A stretch of DNA of 64,000 nt from NCBI GenBank assembly GCA_951406725.2, contig OX597816.1:115072001-115136000 (forward strand), written 5' to 3'. Positions within the stretch are counted from its first letter, which is position 1. Each line of letters begins with the position of its first letter. Positions 24,490-40,130 of this stretch are shown piece after piece. Source of the stretch: Octopus vulgaris. Lineage: Eukaryota. The position numbers were made by a program, and so were the translations under genes. The notes beneath the pieces were generated by a model. That model searched no databases. It worked only from the letters and a program-made list of their open reading frames with translations, and was not told where the DNA came from.

Positions 24490-25560
24490 ACTGGAAGAGA
24501 TAGCTGGATGATTGTTTCATTTTTTTGCATGAAAGTATAGAGAGACTTCAAGAATTTCAAGCACTTATAAATGGACTTGATGTAAACATTCAATTCACAA
24601 TGGAATATAGCCATCAACAACTTCCCTTCCTTGATATCCTCATTAAGAAATCTAACAACATAATAGAAGCAGATATATACTATAAACCCACGGACTCCAA
24701 GCAATATCTACCATTCAATACATGCCAGCCCAGACACACCAGAATGAATATCCCCTTCAACCTAGCAAAAAGGATATGTACTATAGTTTCTAATGCAAAC
24801 AGCAGAGACACACAACTGCACGAACTAAAGGATACACTCATCACCAGGAACTACCCACCTTCAATAATTGACATATGCTTTCAACATCCATGAACTCAGA
24901 CATCCCAAATTAAAGAAGGATTTACAACCAAAAGCCCTACCATACATTTCCACACACAACCCTCTTAACAATGAAGCCTTCGACACCATCCTTCAAAACA
25001 TTCCCCTGCTAAAAAAGGACCACAATGAACTTAATCCTCCAAACACACACCATCATAAAAAGCAAGAGACAGCCCAAATCTATGAAAAGTCTCCTAACAC
25101 AAGCCCAAATATGCTCAACAACAACACTGAAGCTGTCAGTAAAAAAATGTGGAAGACCCAACTATGGGATATGCATCAATTTAATTGAGGGATCAGAGTC
25201 CTCATTCAAACAGGGACAACGTTTCACAGTGAAAAGCAGCTTCACATGTGCTTCAAAGAACCTGATATATGTACTAACCTGCTCTGGGTGTCAAGAGTAA
25301 TACATGGATCAAACAAAAATCAGTCTATGTCAAAGGATGGCTCTGCACAGATCCCAGATCAAAATTCCGAAAAAAACAGAAAAATAGCATTCAGCAACAC
25401 ATCAACATTTGCACCAATAACAAAAATACAAGCTTCAGAAATCTTCCTCTCTATCAATTCAGGGACGATATAACCTGTAGCCAACGAATTAGTAAAGAGT
25501 CATTCTTTATCACAATATACAGGACCCCTTTTGAACGCTTCTACAACAAATGACATATCC
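24490..25560 (+). mobile_element. Penelope-like element fragment (RT C-terminus/thumb plus GIY-YIG endonuclease), frameshifted
   Basis: NIQFTMEYSHQQLPFLDILI...DIYYKPTDSKQYLPFNTCQPRH...RNYP, then C..C linker and NLIYVLTCSGCQE*Y. Confidence 0.9.
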
Positions 25561-25580
25561 ACTACGACCTTAGAATAACA

Positions 25581-25965
25581 TTTATATATTTGTTTTGCAA
25601 GATTCTTGATATGAAATCGTGTGTTGAAACAGATATTGTTTTATTTAGGAATGGTCATGTTGCTAGTTTAGCCAATAAAAACACACGCACTATATATTTG
25701 GTATTAATTTGTTTCAGCTTTATTTATTTTTTACATTAATTTTAATCTTATTTCGGCCAGAGTTCTTTTGACACATTTCTGTGGCCTCATTAGTGGTCCT
25801 TTGCTTTCTTCTTTCTTATTTGTGTGACAAAAGAACTCTGGCCGAAATAAGATTAAGATTAAAGCAAAAAATAAATAAAGCTGAAGCAAATTAACACCAA
25901 ATATATAGTGCATGTGTATTTATTGGCTAAACTGGCAACATGACCATTCCTAAATACAACAATAA
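25581..25965. mobile_element. Fold-back insertion (~143-bp inverted arms) with 12-bp flanking direct repeat
   Basis: 25634-25775 vs 25821-25964 inverted; CTTAGAATAACA at 25569-25580 and 25966-25977. Confidence 0.75.
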
Positions 25966-26130
25966 CTTAGAATAACACACATGCAAGTATTAAAAATTAC
26001 ACATTCAAAAGAGATACCCAAGATTTCATTAAAAACTGTCCCAATCACTACTATAATCGACAACAAATCACTTTTAGGTCACCTGACCGTTTAACATCCT
26101 AGTACTATCATACCACTCCTGCATTTTTCA

Positions 26131-26205
26131 TTCTTCTTCTTCTTCTTCTTCTTCTTCTTCTTCTTCTTCTTCTTCTTCTTCTTCTTCTTCTTCTTCTTCT
26201 TCTTC
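26131..26205. repeat. (CTT)n microsatellite
   Basis: Direct reading. Confidence 0.95.
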
Positions 26206-27398
26206 TCTGCCAAGAATTCACAACCTCAAACCCACAAGAGTAAACAAGAGAGACAGAGACAGACAGAAACAAGGAAAATGCCCCTTGTATTTGAATACCA
26301 TGCAAGTATTCTTTGAAAAAACTTTTTCATTTAATTTTTCCGAAATTTAATTTTTTTCCCTACACAGAGTTGAAAAAGACTCAATGACTGAAACTGTGAC
26401 TAAAATGTTTTTTATGATAAAATTATTTGAGCATTTTCTACCTTGATGTTTTTTTTCCTTATATATATATATACACATACAAGAGTAAGCACATAATTGC
26501 AAAACATGGTAGACAAAAATAGTACTCAAATACTGAAGGTAAAGTAATATGCTTTTATAAATAAGTTCCAAAACATCACGAAAACTGCAACTCAGAGATT
26601 CACGTTTCCTTTTGTCAGGCAGTTGTGATCAATGAATGCCCAACAAACAGAAACATGAAACTCTGAATAGCAGTTTTTGTGATGTTTCTGCAGTTTTAAT
26701 AAAAAAGTTCATATGTGTGTGCGAGCATACACACACACACAGGTAGCCACTACACACATTTTTTTTCTCTCCTTGTTTCTTTCTGTGGAAGAGTGTAGGC
26801 TCAAAACATAAAAGACTTTTTCAAATCCCGAGCATTATACAAATATCTGTTTGTTTTCTACACCACCTGTCGTTGTCTTTTGTTTTTTCGTGAATTCTCC
26901 CTATATATATATATCATATATGTTATATATGTAATGATTGAATTATATATTTTTCATGTTTTTTGTCATGTGCATGTTCCCCTGTTTTGTGGAAAAATTA
27001 TTTTGCCTGCAACTGGTCTGGTGAGCAAAAGAGGTTGGAGACTGCAGGTTTTAGTGGATAAAGAGCCAGATACCACCAATTTTATAGGTCATGTGCTAAA
27101 ACATGAAGCAAGCATTTAGGTAGCAAACCTATTTTATTGGATGAGTTAACTCCATTTCTTGGTACTTGAGGAAATAGTAAAATAAACTGATCTCTGTCAG
27201 TTTCAACAACAAGAGTTTAGTTTAATCAGCTGGATCTAATCCAATGACTGGTGTGTAAGTGGCTTAGTATTCCACAGATACATCATTATTTATTGTCCAT
27301 CTATTAGATGGTTTGACAAGATGCAATCAGTCCAAGGACTGTGTCTTGCCCCATCTAATTTGGCAGGGTTTCCACAGTTGGATACCCTTCCTAATGTT

Positions 27399-27799
27399 CT
27401 TTTCTACTCTAGGCACAAGGCCCGAAATTTTGGGGGAGGGGGCCAGTTTATTAGATTGACCCCAGTTCACAACTGGTACTTAATTTATTGACCACAAAAG
27501 AATGAAAGGCAAAGATGACCTTGGTGGAATTTGAACAAAGAACATAAAGACAAACGAAATACCTATTTCTTTACTACCCACAAGGGGCTACACACAGAAG
27601 CGATAAACAAGGACAGACAAATGGATTAAGTCGATTATCTCGACCCCAGTGTGTAACTGGTACTTATTTAATCGACCCTGAAAGGATGAAAGGCAAAGTC
27701 GACCTCGGTGGAATTTGAACTCAGAATGTAAAGACAGACGAAATACTGCTAAGCATTTCACCTGGTATGCTAATGTTTCTGCCAGCTCACCACCTTAAG
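27399..27799 (-). mobile_element. Dimeric family A SINE with 14-bp TSD, inserted in a family C copy
   Basis: CCCTTCCTAATGTT (27385-27398) and CCCTTCCTAACGTT (27800-27813). Confidence 0.85.
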
Positions 27800-28579
27800 C
27801 CCTTCCTAACGTTAACCACCACACAGCATGTACTGGGTGTTTATTTTTTGTACCACTAGCAGTTCTGAGGTCACTATGCAGCTTGCAAAACTTGAACTTT
27901 GAGCGAGGTGGGAGAGTCAGTTTTATGCTGTTGTATATGGGGGTTACAATATGAAAGATTGTTGGGGTCAGAGCAAGTTTTGTAGAGGATATGTACGACT
28001 TTTCACATGTGCTTTTAATGTAATTCTCAAGCAGAATCAGGATAAGACCGAGTGAGACAAGTTTGGACTTCTGAATTACAGATTCAATCTATCATGTGGA
28101 CTTCCACATAGTTTCTCTATATCTGATTTCAGTCACCATGCCTCAAGGAGTGAAATCTTGAATATATATACATATATATATATAAAATCATCATCATTCT
28201 TTAATGTCCGTTTTCCATGTGTGTGCGTATGTGTGCATATGTGTGTGTAATGGCTACCTCCGATGGGTGCAGGGTTACATAATTGGACTGTTACCTCACA
28301 CTCTATTTAACTCTTAGTGTGAAACCAATTTGTAAGATTAGCTGTCATGGATATATAATACTGAACAATGGAGAATCACTGATGAGTGAAAATTCTGTAA
28401 ATAATAATGATAACTATAAGCTTAAAGCTTATAAGTAATCACTGTGCATTAGCTCATGAAAATAGTCTAGTATTCGAGCATATAAGCACTCATCAGAAAA
28501 AAATGGGTCTCAGTGTCTGTGTCCATAGGACATATATGTACATACATATATATAGGGTTGGGACCCCTTTCAGTAAAGA

Positions 28580-28895
28580 CACTGACCATGGGATTGCACC
28601 TAGAAAGTTACCCTTCTAGTCACAAGTCTGGGCAAGGGGGTTTATGGAAGACCAGCAGTTGCCCATGCATACCGGCCTCCCCTCTCCATGCCACCAGTGT
28701 TATCCAAGGGAAAGGCAGCAGCCGATACAGCTTGGCACCCGTGACGTCGCAACTCATTTCTACAGCTGAGTGAACTGGAGCAACGTGAAATAAAGTGTCT
28801 TGCTCAAGAACACAACATGCAGCCCGGTTCGGGATTCAAGCTCACCTCACAATCATAAGCTCGATGCTCTAACCACTGAGCCATGCTCCTTCACA
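28580..28895 (-). mobile_element. Family D tRNA-derived SINE
   Basis: Minus-strand head TGGCTCAGTGGTTAGAGC...TTGAATCCC, core GTGTTCTTGAGCAAGACAC; similar copy at 55435-55742. Confidence 0.8.
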
Positions 28896-29156
28896 CACAC
28901 ACACACACATATATATACATATATAAGTATGTATATATATACATATATATAAATACATATATATGTATGTGTATCATCATCATCATCGTTTAACATCCGC
29001 TTTCCATGCTAGCATGTGTTGGACGGTTCAACTGGGGTCTGGGAAGCCAGAAGGCTGCACCAGGCCCAGTCTGATCTGGCAGTGTTTCTACAGCTGGATG
29101 CCCTTCCTAACGCCAACCACTTCGTGAGTGTAGTGGGTGCTTTTTACGTGCCACCA

Positions 29157-29199
<43 letters not shown>

Positions 29200-29393
29200 C
29201 ACTCCATTACCCTCGGACTGATTGGTGTTAAGAAGGACATCCACCCATAGAAACCATGCCAAATTCTGCCTGGAATCTGGTGCAACCCCTCTGCTTATCA
29301 GCCCTGGTCAAACCATCTAACCCATGCCAGCAGGGACAATGGATGTTAAATGATGATAATGATGATGATGATGATGATGCTATATTTATATAT

Positions 29394-29427
<34 letters not shown>

Positions 29428-29434
29428 GTAAGTA

Positions 29435-29468
<34 letters not shown>

Positions 29469-30244
29469 AAACTTACCTAATGTCTCATAAAGTGGGATTG
29501 ATTAGACTTCATAATTTTAAAACAAACTCCTTAACCTTTCAACTGCTGCATTATTGAACCCCTGAGTTCCTTTAGCAGAGTCACCTCTTTTATGACCATT
29601 TGGATCCAGTAGGTCTCCTGTCAGCCATTAGTTCAATATCTTAATTTATTTGTTTACTACTGCAATGAGCTATGATTTGTGTTTTTTGCTTGCTCATGTC
29701 ATCAAACCAGTTTCCCAAACCATGAAAAGTGGCATAGATTCTTCCCCTTCTAATCTGAGATAACATTAACTCTAGAGTTATTGATAGGTTTACTATTTTT
29801 CTAGGTAGGTGTACAAACTTTAGGAAAGCTACATTCAATATCAACTAATGGAGTTCATCATAAGTAATTACTCCAAAATAGATGCAGTTATGAAATACCA
29901 ATGTATCAATTTTTGTGAGCTTCATGTAATAGTGAATGGAAATTTATATTCAGTAATAAAAGTATTCTTGCTAGCATGAAAGAAAAAAAACCATTGTGTT
30001 TTTTTCTTTATTCTTAATTTTCTTTTTTGTATTTAATCGTAAATAGGCCATCTTTGACCGAAATATTCTACCTGTCTGATGCTCAAGCCTGGCCAGGTCT
30101 AGCCTTTCACATCAACCCTCCAAAATCATTCTGAGAATTAATAGTTACATCAAAATCTCAAAGCTACAAGATAGTGCATGATTAATTCAAAACAATGTGA
30201 ATATATAAGCATTATGTTTGACAGAGTCATCTGAATGCTAAATA

Positions 30245-30830
30245 GGTACAGGAGTGGCAGTGGGGGTAAGAAGCTTGCTTCTTACCAGACAGCCAGCGAG
30301 CTGGCAGAAACATTAGCAAGCCGGGTGAAATGCTTAGCAGTATTTCGTTTGCTGTTACGTTCTGAGTTCAAATTCTGCCGAGGTTGACTTTGCCTTGCAT
30401 ACTTTTGTAGTTGATAAATTAAGTACCAGTTACGCACTGGGCTCGATGTAATTGACTTAATCCCTTTGTCTGTCCTTGTTTGTCCCCTCTATGTTTAGCC
30501 TCTTGTGGGCAATAAAGAAATAAGAAGCTTGCTTCCTAAGCACATGATGAGTGGATCTGGTAGATGCAAACTGAAAGAAGCCCATCGTATGTATATGTGT
30601 GTGTGTGTGTGTGTGTGTATTTATGTTTGTGTGTGTGTGTTTGTCCCCATCATCACTTGATAAACGATGTAGGTGTGTTTACATCCCCATAACTTAGCTG
30701 TTCGGCAAAAGAGAGACCAATAGAATAAGTACAAGTCTTACAAAGAATAAATCCTGGGGCTGATTTGTTTGAGTAAAGGTAGTGCTTCAGCATGGCCACA
30801 GTCAAATGACTGAAACAAGTCAAAAAATGA
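30245..30830 (+). mobile_element. Family B SINE interrupted by a family A SINE (30282-30520) with 15-bp TSD
   Basis: TAAGAAGCTTGCTTC at 30267-30281 and 30521-30535. Confidence 0.85.
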
Positions 30831-32574
30831 AAGACTAAAAAAATACCTTGACTCACTTAACCATTAAAATATTCTGTGGAAATTAGCCTACTGTGCAATA
30901 TTCAAAGCTGGGTAAATTTCCTAACCACTTAACTGCTGAAGAGAAATCAGAGTCGAACATTCTTTTAATGAATTAATGGTATGTGTAGTTTATGAAATGA
31001 TTAACTAACATGGACAAGAAGTCAGGTAGCATGGCTAATTATATTGTTATTAAAGAAGAAAGGAAACAAGTTAAATAAAAAGTGTATGTAATATATTTAC
31101 AGGTTGTTGACTGTATAAGGTTTTTGATGAGAGAATTTAGTGAAGAATTATTAGAATATCCTTAGCTTTGTTTCAGATCATAGAATAATCGAAGGAAGGA
31201 AGAAAGAGAGAAAGGAAAATTAAAAAAGAATCTATCACACTGTAATCTCATTAGAGGAAACACTTTCGAGTTGTGAAAAATAATCAAAGAGAAAATTACA
31301 GAACAACAACAACAACAACAACAATAATGGCAGCAATAATAACTGTACATGTTTTCTTAAGTATATAGGCGTAATTTTTAATCAGAAAAATATTATCACA
31401 ATATCAAATTTTTCATTAAAAATTTAAGTTTACAAGCATCCCCCCACCTTGTATTAGGAAGATAAAAAAGCCCCAAAACAAAAAAAAATTTCTCATCAAT
31501 CTACCCCTACCTATTAACAACACCCACTCCCCATTACAAATCTTACCCAATATGTAAAATACGGAAATTAATACTTCATATGTCAAAGGATTTAAAAACA
31601 AACACATAAACATTAAAAAAGAAGAAAACAAAAAACAAAAAACAAAAATAACAACGACAAAAGGTAAACAGAAATAAATAAAACAAAAATCTTCCATATC
31701 AGCAAAAAGACACACAGACAAAACAAAAACAAAACAATAACAAAAACAAGTAAGAACAACAACAACAATAGCAATAACAACACAAGCAAATAATGTAAGA
31801 GTGAGAGATGTATGAGTTATTTAAGAAACTATTATGATAATATTAATATTGTTTTAATTTAAAAAATATAAGCAACAAAATGTACAATAGCAATAATAGC
31901 CAAACAACAATAACAACAACAACAACATTATTATTATTATTATTATTATTAAGACAACAACAACAATATGAATATTCACAAATCAACAAACAAAACAGCA
32001 TATGAAAATTCAAAACCTGAAAAGACTCTATTGAATATTTCACGAAAGTTGATTTAATATAAACTATTTCCTCAAGATACATATTATAGCCTCTTTGATG
32101 GTAATTTCTTCAGCACTTCTGTAAATATGCCTTGTTCAGAATATCTCTTTTGCATCTAATGCAAACTAATTCAATTGCTTAGCATTTGTCTACTGAGAGG
32201 AAATCACTTTGTTGGTTTAAGTGACGGTTTGATATGAAAACTATGCCACCTATTAGGGCCTACCACTACATCTTAAGCGTCCAAATTAAAAGATATTTCA
32301 TATTCAACTTTACATGGAAACAACAAATCATAAACTAGACATATACAAAATTATTAATTCTTTTATTTTATCGACACAAAAGCCACAGATGAGATTGGTC
32401 CAATGTGTTTTAAATGTTTGCATACAATTCTAATTCAGCTTTGTAATAAATATATGATAGCTAACATTGAAACAGTTATACTCTCCTCTCATACATTTAC
32501 ATATACAAAAGCATACATATAATTATGTGTATGTACATGTGTATGTATGTATATATATGTATGCATGTATGTAA

Positions 32575-32618
<44 letters not shown>

Positions 32619-33052
32619 ACTCATAGCCACATTTCCACTATATTATAATTTGTATATATACACACACACGTATATATATTCATAGATGCATACAAACATA
32701 CATATATACATATTTATATACATACATATGCATACATATATATACATATGCATACAAACATACATATATGTTTATATACATACACATGTGGGTGTTAACT
32801 CACATACATACACACATACACCCAAATATTTATGGATATTTGTGTGTGTGTGTGTGTGTGAGCATATATATTGATCTGAAAGCATTTTGAAAATAGTCAC
32901 AGCAAACTTGATGTATACACACCATTGATATAAATAAACATAATTGTACAGAAACAAAACAAAACCTTTACACACACACATGCAGATGTTCACACAAACA
33001 TACGTAAATATACATGTACAATTACATATATGTGTGTATGTGAGTGTGTGTG

Positions 33053-33092
<40 letters not shown>

Positions 33093-33115
33093 GTGTACAT
33101 ATATACACATATATA

Positions 33116-33154
<39 letters not shown>

Positions 33155-33286
33155 TACATATATATACACACATGCACACACGAGTATAGTTATAAGTATT
33201 ATGCATTTATGCATTTGATCAACACATAATATATACATATCTGTTCTATCTATTATCAGTTTATCTGTATGTCTATCTTTCTCTCT

Positions 33287-33333
<47 letters not shown>

Positions 33334-33699
33334 CATGTATATATGTATACACACACGCATATGCACATGTTTATATATCATGATTCAAATGCATGCAAAA
33401 GTACCAATGCCAAAATTTACACATGTACACATATGTTAGCAAATATTTAAAATACCTAATGTTTCAGAGATGTACATAACTTTCAAGTATTTGAATATTA
33501 TATTTCTACAGAATAAACCCATTCTCATATATGCATGCATACATACATACATACATACATACATACATACATACATACATACATAAAAACATACATACAT
33601 ACATACATGCATGCATACAAATGCACACAAACCCATACATGTCATCATGAATGTGTGTGTATGTGTGTGTGTATACACACTCACACATACATATATGTT

Positions 33700-34458
<759 letters not shown>

Positions 34459-34469
34459 TTTTTTCATGT

Positions 34470-35740
34470 AGGAATCATAATTGGTTTACAAAGGAGTCAT
34501 ATCCAAGGACTGGTGTAGCAGCACCATAGTCAGCTGCTACATAAGTAAAGGTGATGCTTTAGACAGAAATAATTACAGAGGTATCAAATTGTTAGATCAG
34601 GTGATGAAAGTAATGGAGAGAGTCATAGCCCAACAAATTAGGGAGAGAGTTAGCCTACATGCAGTTTGGTTTTGTGTCCGGGAGAAGCACCACTGATGCT
34701 ATATTTCTAGTAAGGCAGCTGCAGGAGAAATACATAGCCAAGGATAAACCTCTGTACTTGGCCTTTGTTGGCTTGGAGAAAGCCTTTAACAGGGTCTCCC
34801 CATCTCTAATCTGGTGGTCAATGTGGAAACTAGGGATAGATGAGTGGTTTGTGAGAGCTATACAACTATGTGAGGGATGCTAGTCTTACATAGATGCTAC
34901 CCTCAGATAGTAAGGTGAGGGTCGGCAATGAGTACAGAGAATAATTCAGGGTACAAGTAGGGATTCACCAAGTATTGGTGTTCATCCCCACCTCTTGTTT
35001 ATCATAGTCCTACAGGCAATAACAAAGGAATTTAAGACAGGCTGCTCCTGGGAGCTCCTCTATGCTGATGACTTTGCTCTTATTGCTGAAGAAGTTCCAG
35101 GTATGAAAGCAAGGTCTAGAATCAAGGGGCCTTAGAATTAATCTAGCAAAAATCAGAGTCTTAGTAAGTAGGAAGGCAGACAAATCACAGATCCCTTCAG
35201 GTAGATGGCCCTGCTCGATCTGTAGAAAAGGTGTAGGTAGATACTCCATAAGATGCACTCAGTGTAAGCTTTGGGTACATAAAAGGTGCAGCAATATCAG
35301 AGGAAGGTTAACAGGGAAACTAGTTTTTGTATGTAGGAGATGCACAGGTATGATAAACACTGAAAATGTGCTGAAAGTAGACTTCGTCAATTACCCATGC
35401 GGTAAGCTAGAGGTAGTAGATAGCTTCCGTTATCTAGGTGACCAAATAAGTAGTGGAGGTGGGTGCTCTGGGAGCATAGCAGTGAGAATAAGATTAGGCT
35501 GGGCAAAGTTCAGAGAGTTCCTGCCTCTGATGGCGACAAAGGTCATCTCTCTCAGAACGAAAGGCAAATTTTATGCTGTTTGTGTGTGAACTGCCACACT
35601 GCATGTCAAAGAAACATGGGCTGTAACAGCTGAGGACATGCATAGGTTTGAAAGAAATGAAGCCAATATGCTTTGCTGGGTGTGCAATGTCAGTGTGCAT
35701 TTTTGATATAGTGTAAGCATCTGGAGAGAAAAGTTCAGCA
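34470..35740 (+). mobile_element. RTE-clade LINE reverse transcriptase fragment with internal C4HC3 finger, frameshifted
   Basis: NYRGIKLL, QFGFVSGRSTTDAIF...EKAFNRV, LLYADD, FRYLGD. Confidence 0.92.
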
Positions 35741-35848
35741 TAACTTTTATTTTATTTACTTTTCCTCTCTAATGAAGTTCCGTGATTCATATTGGTATAA
35801 TTAATTACTTACAATAATAACTATTATTACTATTGCTGTTGTTGTTGC

Positions 35849-35909
<61 letters not shown>

Positions 35910-36190
35910 GTGGTGGTGGTTAAGCCTGGGAATCATGCTAACGAAAACAGCTGTAAGTTCAGATTCTGTCTTTTTGTAATTAATTAATAAATGATAATTG
36001 ATGTAAATCAATTGTTATTCAATCTTATCCCCATTTTCTGTTTTCCTTGAATATTGATAAACTTCAGTTTATTCTTGTCTTTACCTATCACTTATGAACA
36101 TTAATACCAATGTTCATGATTAAATATAGGTAATACATCAGTGGATTCATTGGATACTTAGACGATTGTTATAACCTCTAACTTAACTCA

Positions 36191-36235
<45 letters not shown>

Positions 36236-36237
<2 letters not shown>

Positions 36238-37358
36238 CTAATATAATAAATGCGGAAACTAATTTCTGTGTGTCAGTGTGTCACACTTAGACTCCCTCTC
36301 TCACTATCCAATGACACTCCTACTATTCCTCATCATGGGGTGAGAGAGAAAGAAAAAGAGAGGGAGAGAAAGAGAGACAAAGAAATTTAAGGTAAGTTGA
36401 TGATGTTTTATTAAAAATAGTGTTGATGGTGGAAGTGGGAGTAATAATAAAAGAGAGAGAAAGAGTGGATACGTGAGAGAAAGAGTGGATATGTGAGAGA
36501 AAGAGAGAGATGATGTACAACTTTGTTTGACCATGTCTCTTTGACAGAAATTCCTGTCTCCAACATACTGAACACTATCATTTTTGTTTTATTTTTTGCT
36601 TTATTTAATACACACACACACATGCACACACATATGTATATATAAAATACGCTTTAATTGAAATTAAGTTTCCCCAAAATTAAACATATCTAATATAATA
36701 TATGTGAATGTCAGTGTGTCAGTGTGTCACACTTTTTCAACTTTAATAAATTCTTTCTACTGGAAGCAGAAGGCCTCAAATTTTGGGAGAAGGGATTAAT
36801 AGATTACATCGATCCCAGTACGTAACTGGTACTGATATTATCGACTCCGAAAGGCTGGAATTTGAACTCAAAACCTAATGGCAGACGAAATACTGCTTAG
36901 CATTTTGCCTTGCATGCTAACGATCCTGCAAGCTTGCTGCCTTAATATAATATAATAATATGATATAATATAATAAACATGAATGTCAGTGTGTCAGTGT
37001 GTCACACTTTTACAACTTTACTCCTAGAGGCCGTAGCCCAACATTTCATACCATTCTGACCTGAATCTGGACCCACATTCCTGAAATTTTGGATTCTCAA
37101 GTTTTCATTACTGTGATTGCTTCATTGATTTTTTTATGTGACTTTTTTGTGACAAATGTTTTTACCCTGTTATGTATATATATATAGATAGATATATAGA
37201 TAGATAGATACACACACACACATACATATATATATGTTTGGGTTCAGTCCCACTGTGTGGCATCTTGGGCAAGTGTCTTCTGCTATAGCCCCGGGCCGAC
37301 CAATGCCTTGTGAGTGGATTTGGTAGATGGAAACTGAAAGAAGCCTGTCATATATATG

Positions 37359-37397
<39 letters not shown>

Positions 37398-37770
37398 TTG
37401 TGTGTCTGTGTTTGTCCCCTAGCATTGCTTGACAACCGATGCTGGTGTGTTTACGTCCCTGTCACTTAGCGGTTTGGCAAAAGAGACTGATAAAATAAGT
37501 ACTGGGCTTACAAAGAATAAGTCCCGGGGTCGATTTGGTCGACTAAAGGCGGTGCTCCAGCATGGCCGCAGTCAAATGACTGAAACAAGTAAAAGAGTAA
37601 AAGAGTAAAGAGTACAATAACAATTTTTATAATCTATAATCTAACTCCATGAGTAAATTAAAAACATCCCAGGCCAAATCCCGACCTGCAATACTGAATT
37701 TTGGATTCCTATGTTTTCATTACTGCGATTGTTTTTGGCGAGTTTTTTTACATGATTTTTTTGTGATGAA
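36236..37770 (+). mobile_element. Fragmented Helitron-like 5' ends with nested SINEs (family A 36750-36943 minus; family B 37238-37612 plus)
   Basis: TCTAATATAATAAA...GTCAGTGTGTCACACT-like segment repeated at ~36237, 36689 and 36965; internal duplication 37080-37150 / 37695-37770. Confidence 0.5.
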
Positions 37771-39789
37771 TATGATCATCATTGGGATATGACTCTGAAG
37801 GAAGAAATTGCAACAAATTCTGTAAAACAATCCAGAGATCTGTTTGCAGATCTTCCCATTCAGAGTCAGTTGCTTAAAGGCTATATACTTGAATGTTAAT
37901 CATCTGAAAATTTCTAGTCTTTGCCTTTTCCTTATATACATGTATATATATTCTGTATATCAAACTCAAGGAGTTTTATCAGTTTATTTGCATCATTGCC
38001 TCTGTGTCTCTCTCTCTAAATGTATGTATGTATGTATGTATCTACACACATGCATATACATACTTATATATGTATACACACATCTATATACATGTACATA
38101 TATGTACATGCCAACACATGTATATCTAAATATTATGTATTTATATATACATATATATGTATAAATGCATATGTATGTATAAATACATATATATATCTTT
38201 ATATATATATATGTATACACACACATACACACATATATATCAACACACATACATATACATACTTGTACATGTATACATGCATCCATATACTCATGCATAC
38301 AGCCCCACAGATATGTATTTAGATTTATGTATATATGTATGCATTTATATACAAAGGAGACAGATGTCTTCAATAAGCATTCATTGTCTGTCATGTGCAT
38401 TTCATCTATAAATATGATTGTCTTTCTTTTTTTTCATTTATTGTAATCACTAATGACACTAAAATTTCACAATTTCAATGAATCTTTTAAAAGCTTCTAA
38501 ATTCCATAATTTCCTCAGAAAGTACGAATGAGGAAATATTCATTAGATTTACCTGGTTATTAACAAATTATATTAATACATGTCACTTAAACAAAGAAAT
38601 TTTACTATTACCAGGTCTTTAATTATGTACCTGAGTTGCTATGTTTTGGAAGTTCATTGAAAAATCATTCAACTATTATTTTATTAAAAGTTTTTACTCA
38701 AATATTGCTGTAAGAGTATAGCTCCATTATTCAAATAGATTCAGTGTTTTGACTGATTAGATTCATTGAGGTTGTTTATAAATCTGTTGCTCTAAACCTG
38801 CATTAAATTTCAATCTGTAAAAATGGCTACAGGGTACAGTAGCAACTACAACTCCAACCTTAGCAATTACAGTGCTTTGAACATGTGAAATTCTGCACAA
38901 TAATGTGAACAATGTTATACGAAGAGATCATATTTTGGGCTGAATTTTATTAAGGAATCCATATAAAATACGAAATTTACTCTTTCTGCTTCTATGTACA
39001 GGTCAAGTAATGATACTAAAGAATGACATTTGATAATAATTTTACAGAAAAGATTAAGAATATCCCAAAGCTGATGTTATTGATATATACCTAATTGAAT
39101 ACATATTTGTGTAGCCTGACATCTAAAAGAAAGGGCTTGCTTTGTATTGCATCAATGTAATAAATCAACTATAAATATTTCGTTTTTGGATTTGGTTCGT
39201 GTATTGAAGCATATTCTGTTGTGTCTAAGACTATTGAAAAGGTTGCAAGACACAACGAAAATTTTAGGAAAATAAAAATAAAAAATAAGTGGGAAATTTT
39301 AATGGTGCATGTGTTACATTATAAGGCAAAAAAAAAAAATGACTCTCCCCAGACACAACAAACTATAAATATGTTTTTATTAAAACTTTTAACTATAAAA
39401 TAAGGTCTGAAATTTGGTGGAAATGGGCTAGTACCCAACTGGTACTTAATGTATCAACTCTGAGCATGAAGCCAAAAGAATTTGAACTCAGAATATGAAG
39501 CCAAAAGAAATACCACTAAGCATCTTGTCCAGTATGCTAATGGTTCCACCAGCTTGCTGTCTTCGTTTCTAATTCTAATGCAAGAGCAGTAGTTTTGAGG
39601 AAAGTGGGTTAGTTGATTACATCAATCTCTGTATTAGATTGGTACTAATTTTGTTGACTCCTAAAAAAATGAAAGGCAAAGCTGACCTCAGCAAAATTTT
39701 GGACTCAGAATATTAGGCCAGAAGAAATGTCACATTTTGTTCAGCATCCCACAGAACCATCTACGCTACAGAAACATCTGTAGTGATAC

Positions 39790-40130
39790 TCACAATACCA
39801 TTCATTATGCGAAAAGCAACATTCGAGCAAAGTCATTGCCAGTGCCACTGGACTGGCTCCTTTACAGGTGGCACATAAAAAACACTATTTGAGCATGGCT
39901 GTTGCCAGTACCACCTGACTGGCCCTCGTGCTGGTGACATGTAAAAGTACCCACTACACTCTTGGAATGGTTGGCATTAGGAAGGGCATCCAGCTGTAGA
40001 AACTCTGCCAGATCGAATTGGAGCCTGGTGCAGCCATCAGGCTCACCAGTCCTCAGTCAAACCGTCCAACCCATGCCAGCATGGAAAGCGGGCGTTAAAC
40101 AATCATGATGATGATGATGATGATGATGAT
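39790..40130 (+). mobile_element. Family C repeat with (GAT)n tail
   Basis: Reverse complement of the 20878 and 62244 copies. Confidence 0.8.

Noticed and set aside
26570-26830. Short inverted repeat with CTGACAA...GAAAC and GAAGAG...CTCAAAAC motifs
   Set aside because: Could be Penelope-type termini, but cores and stems are too degenerate to call a ribozyme
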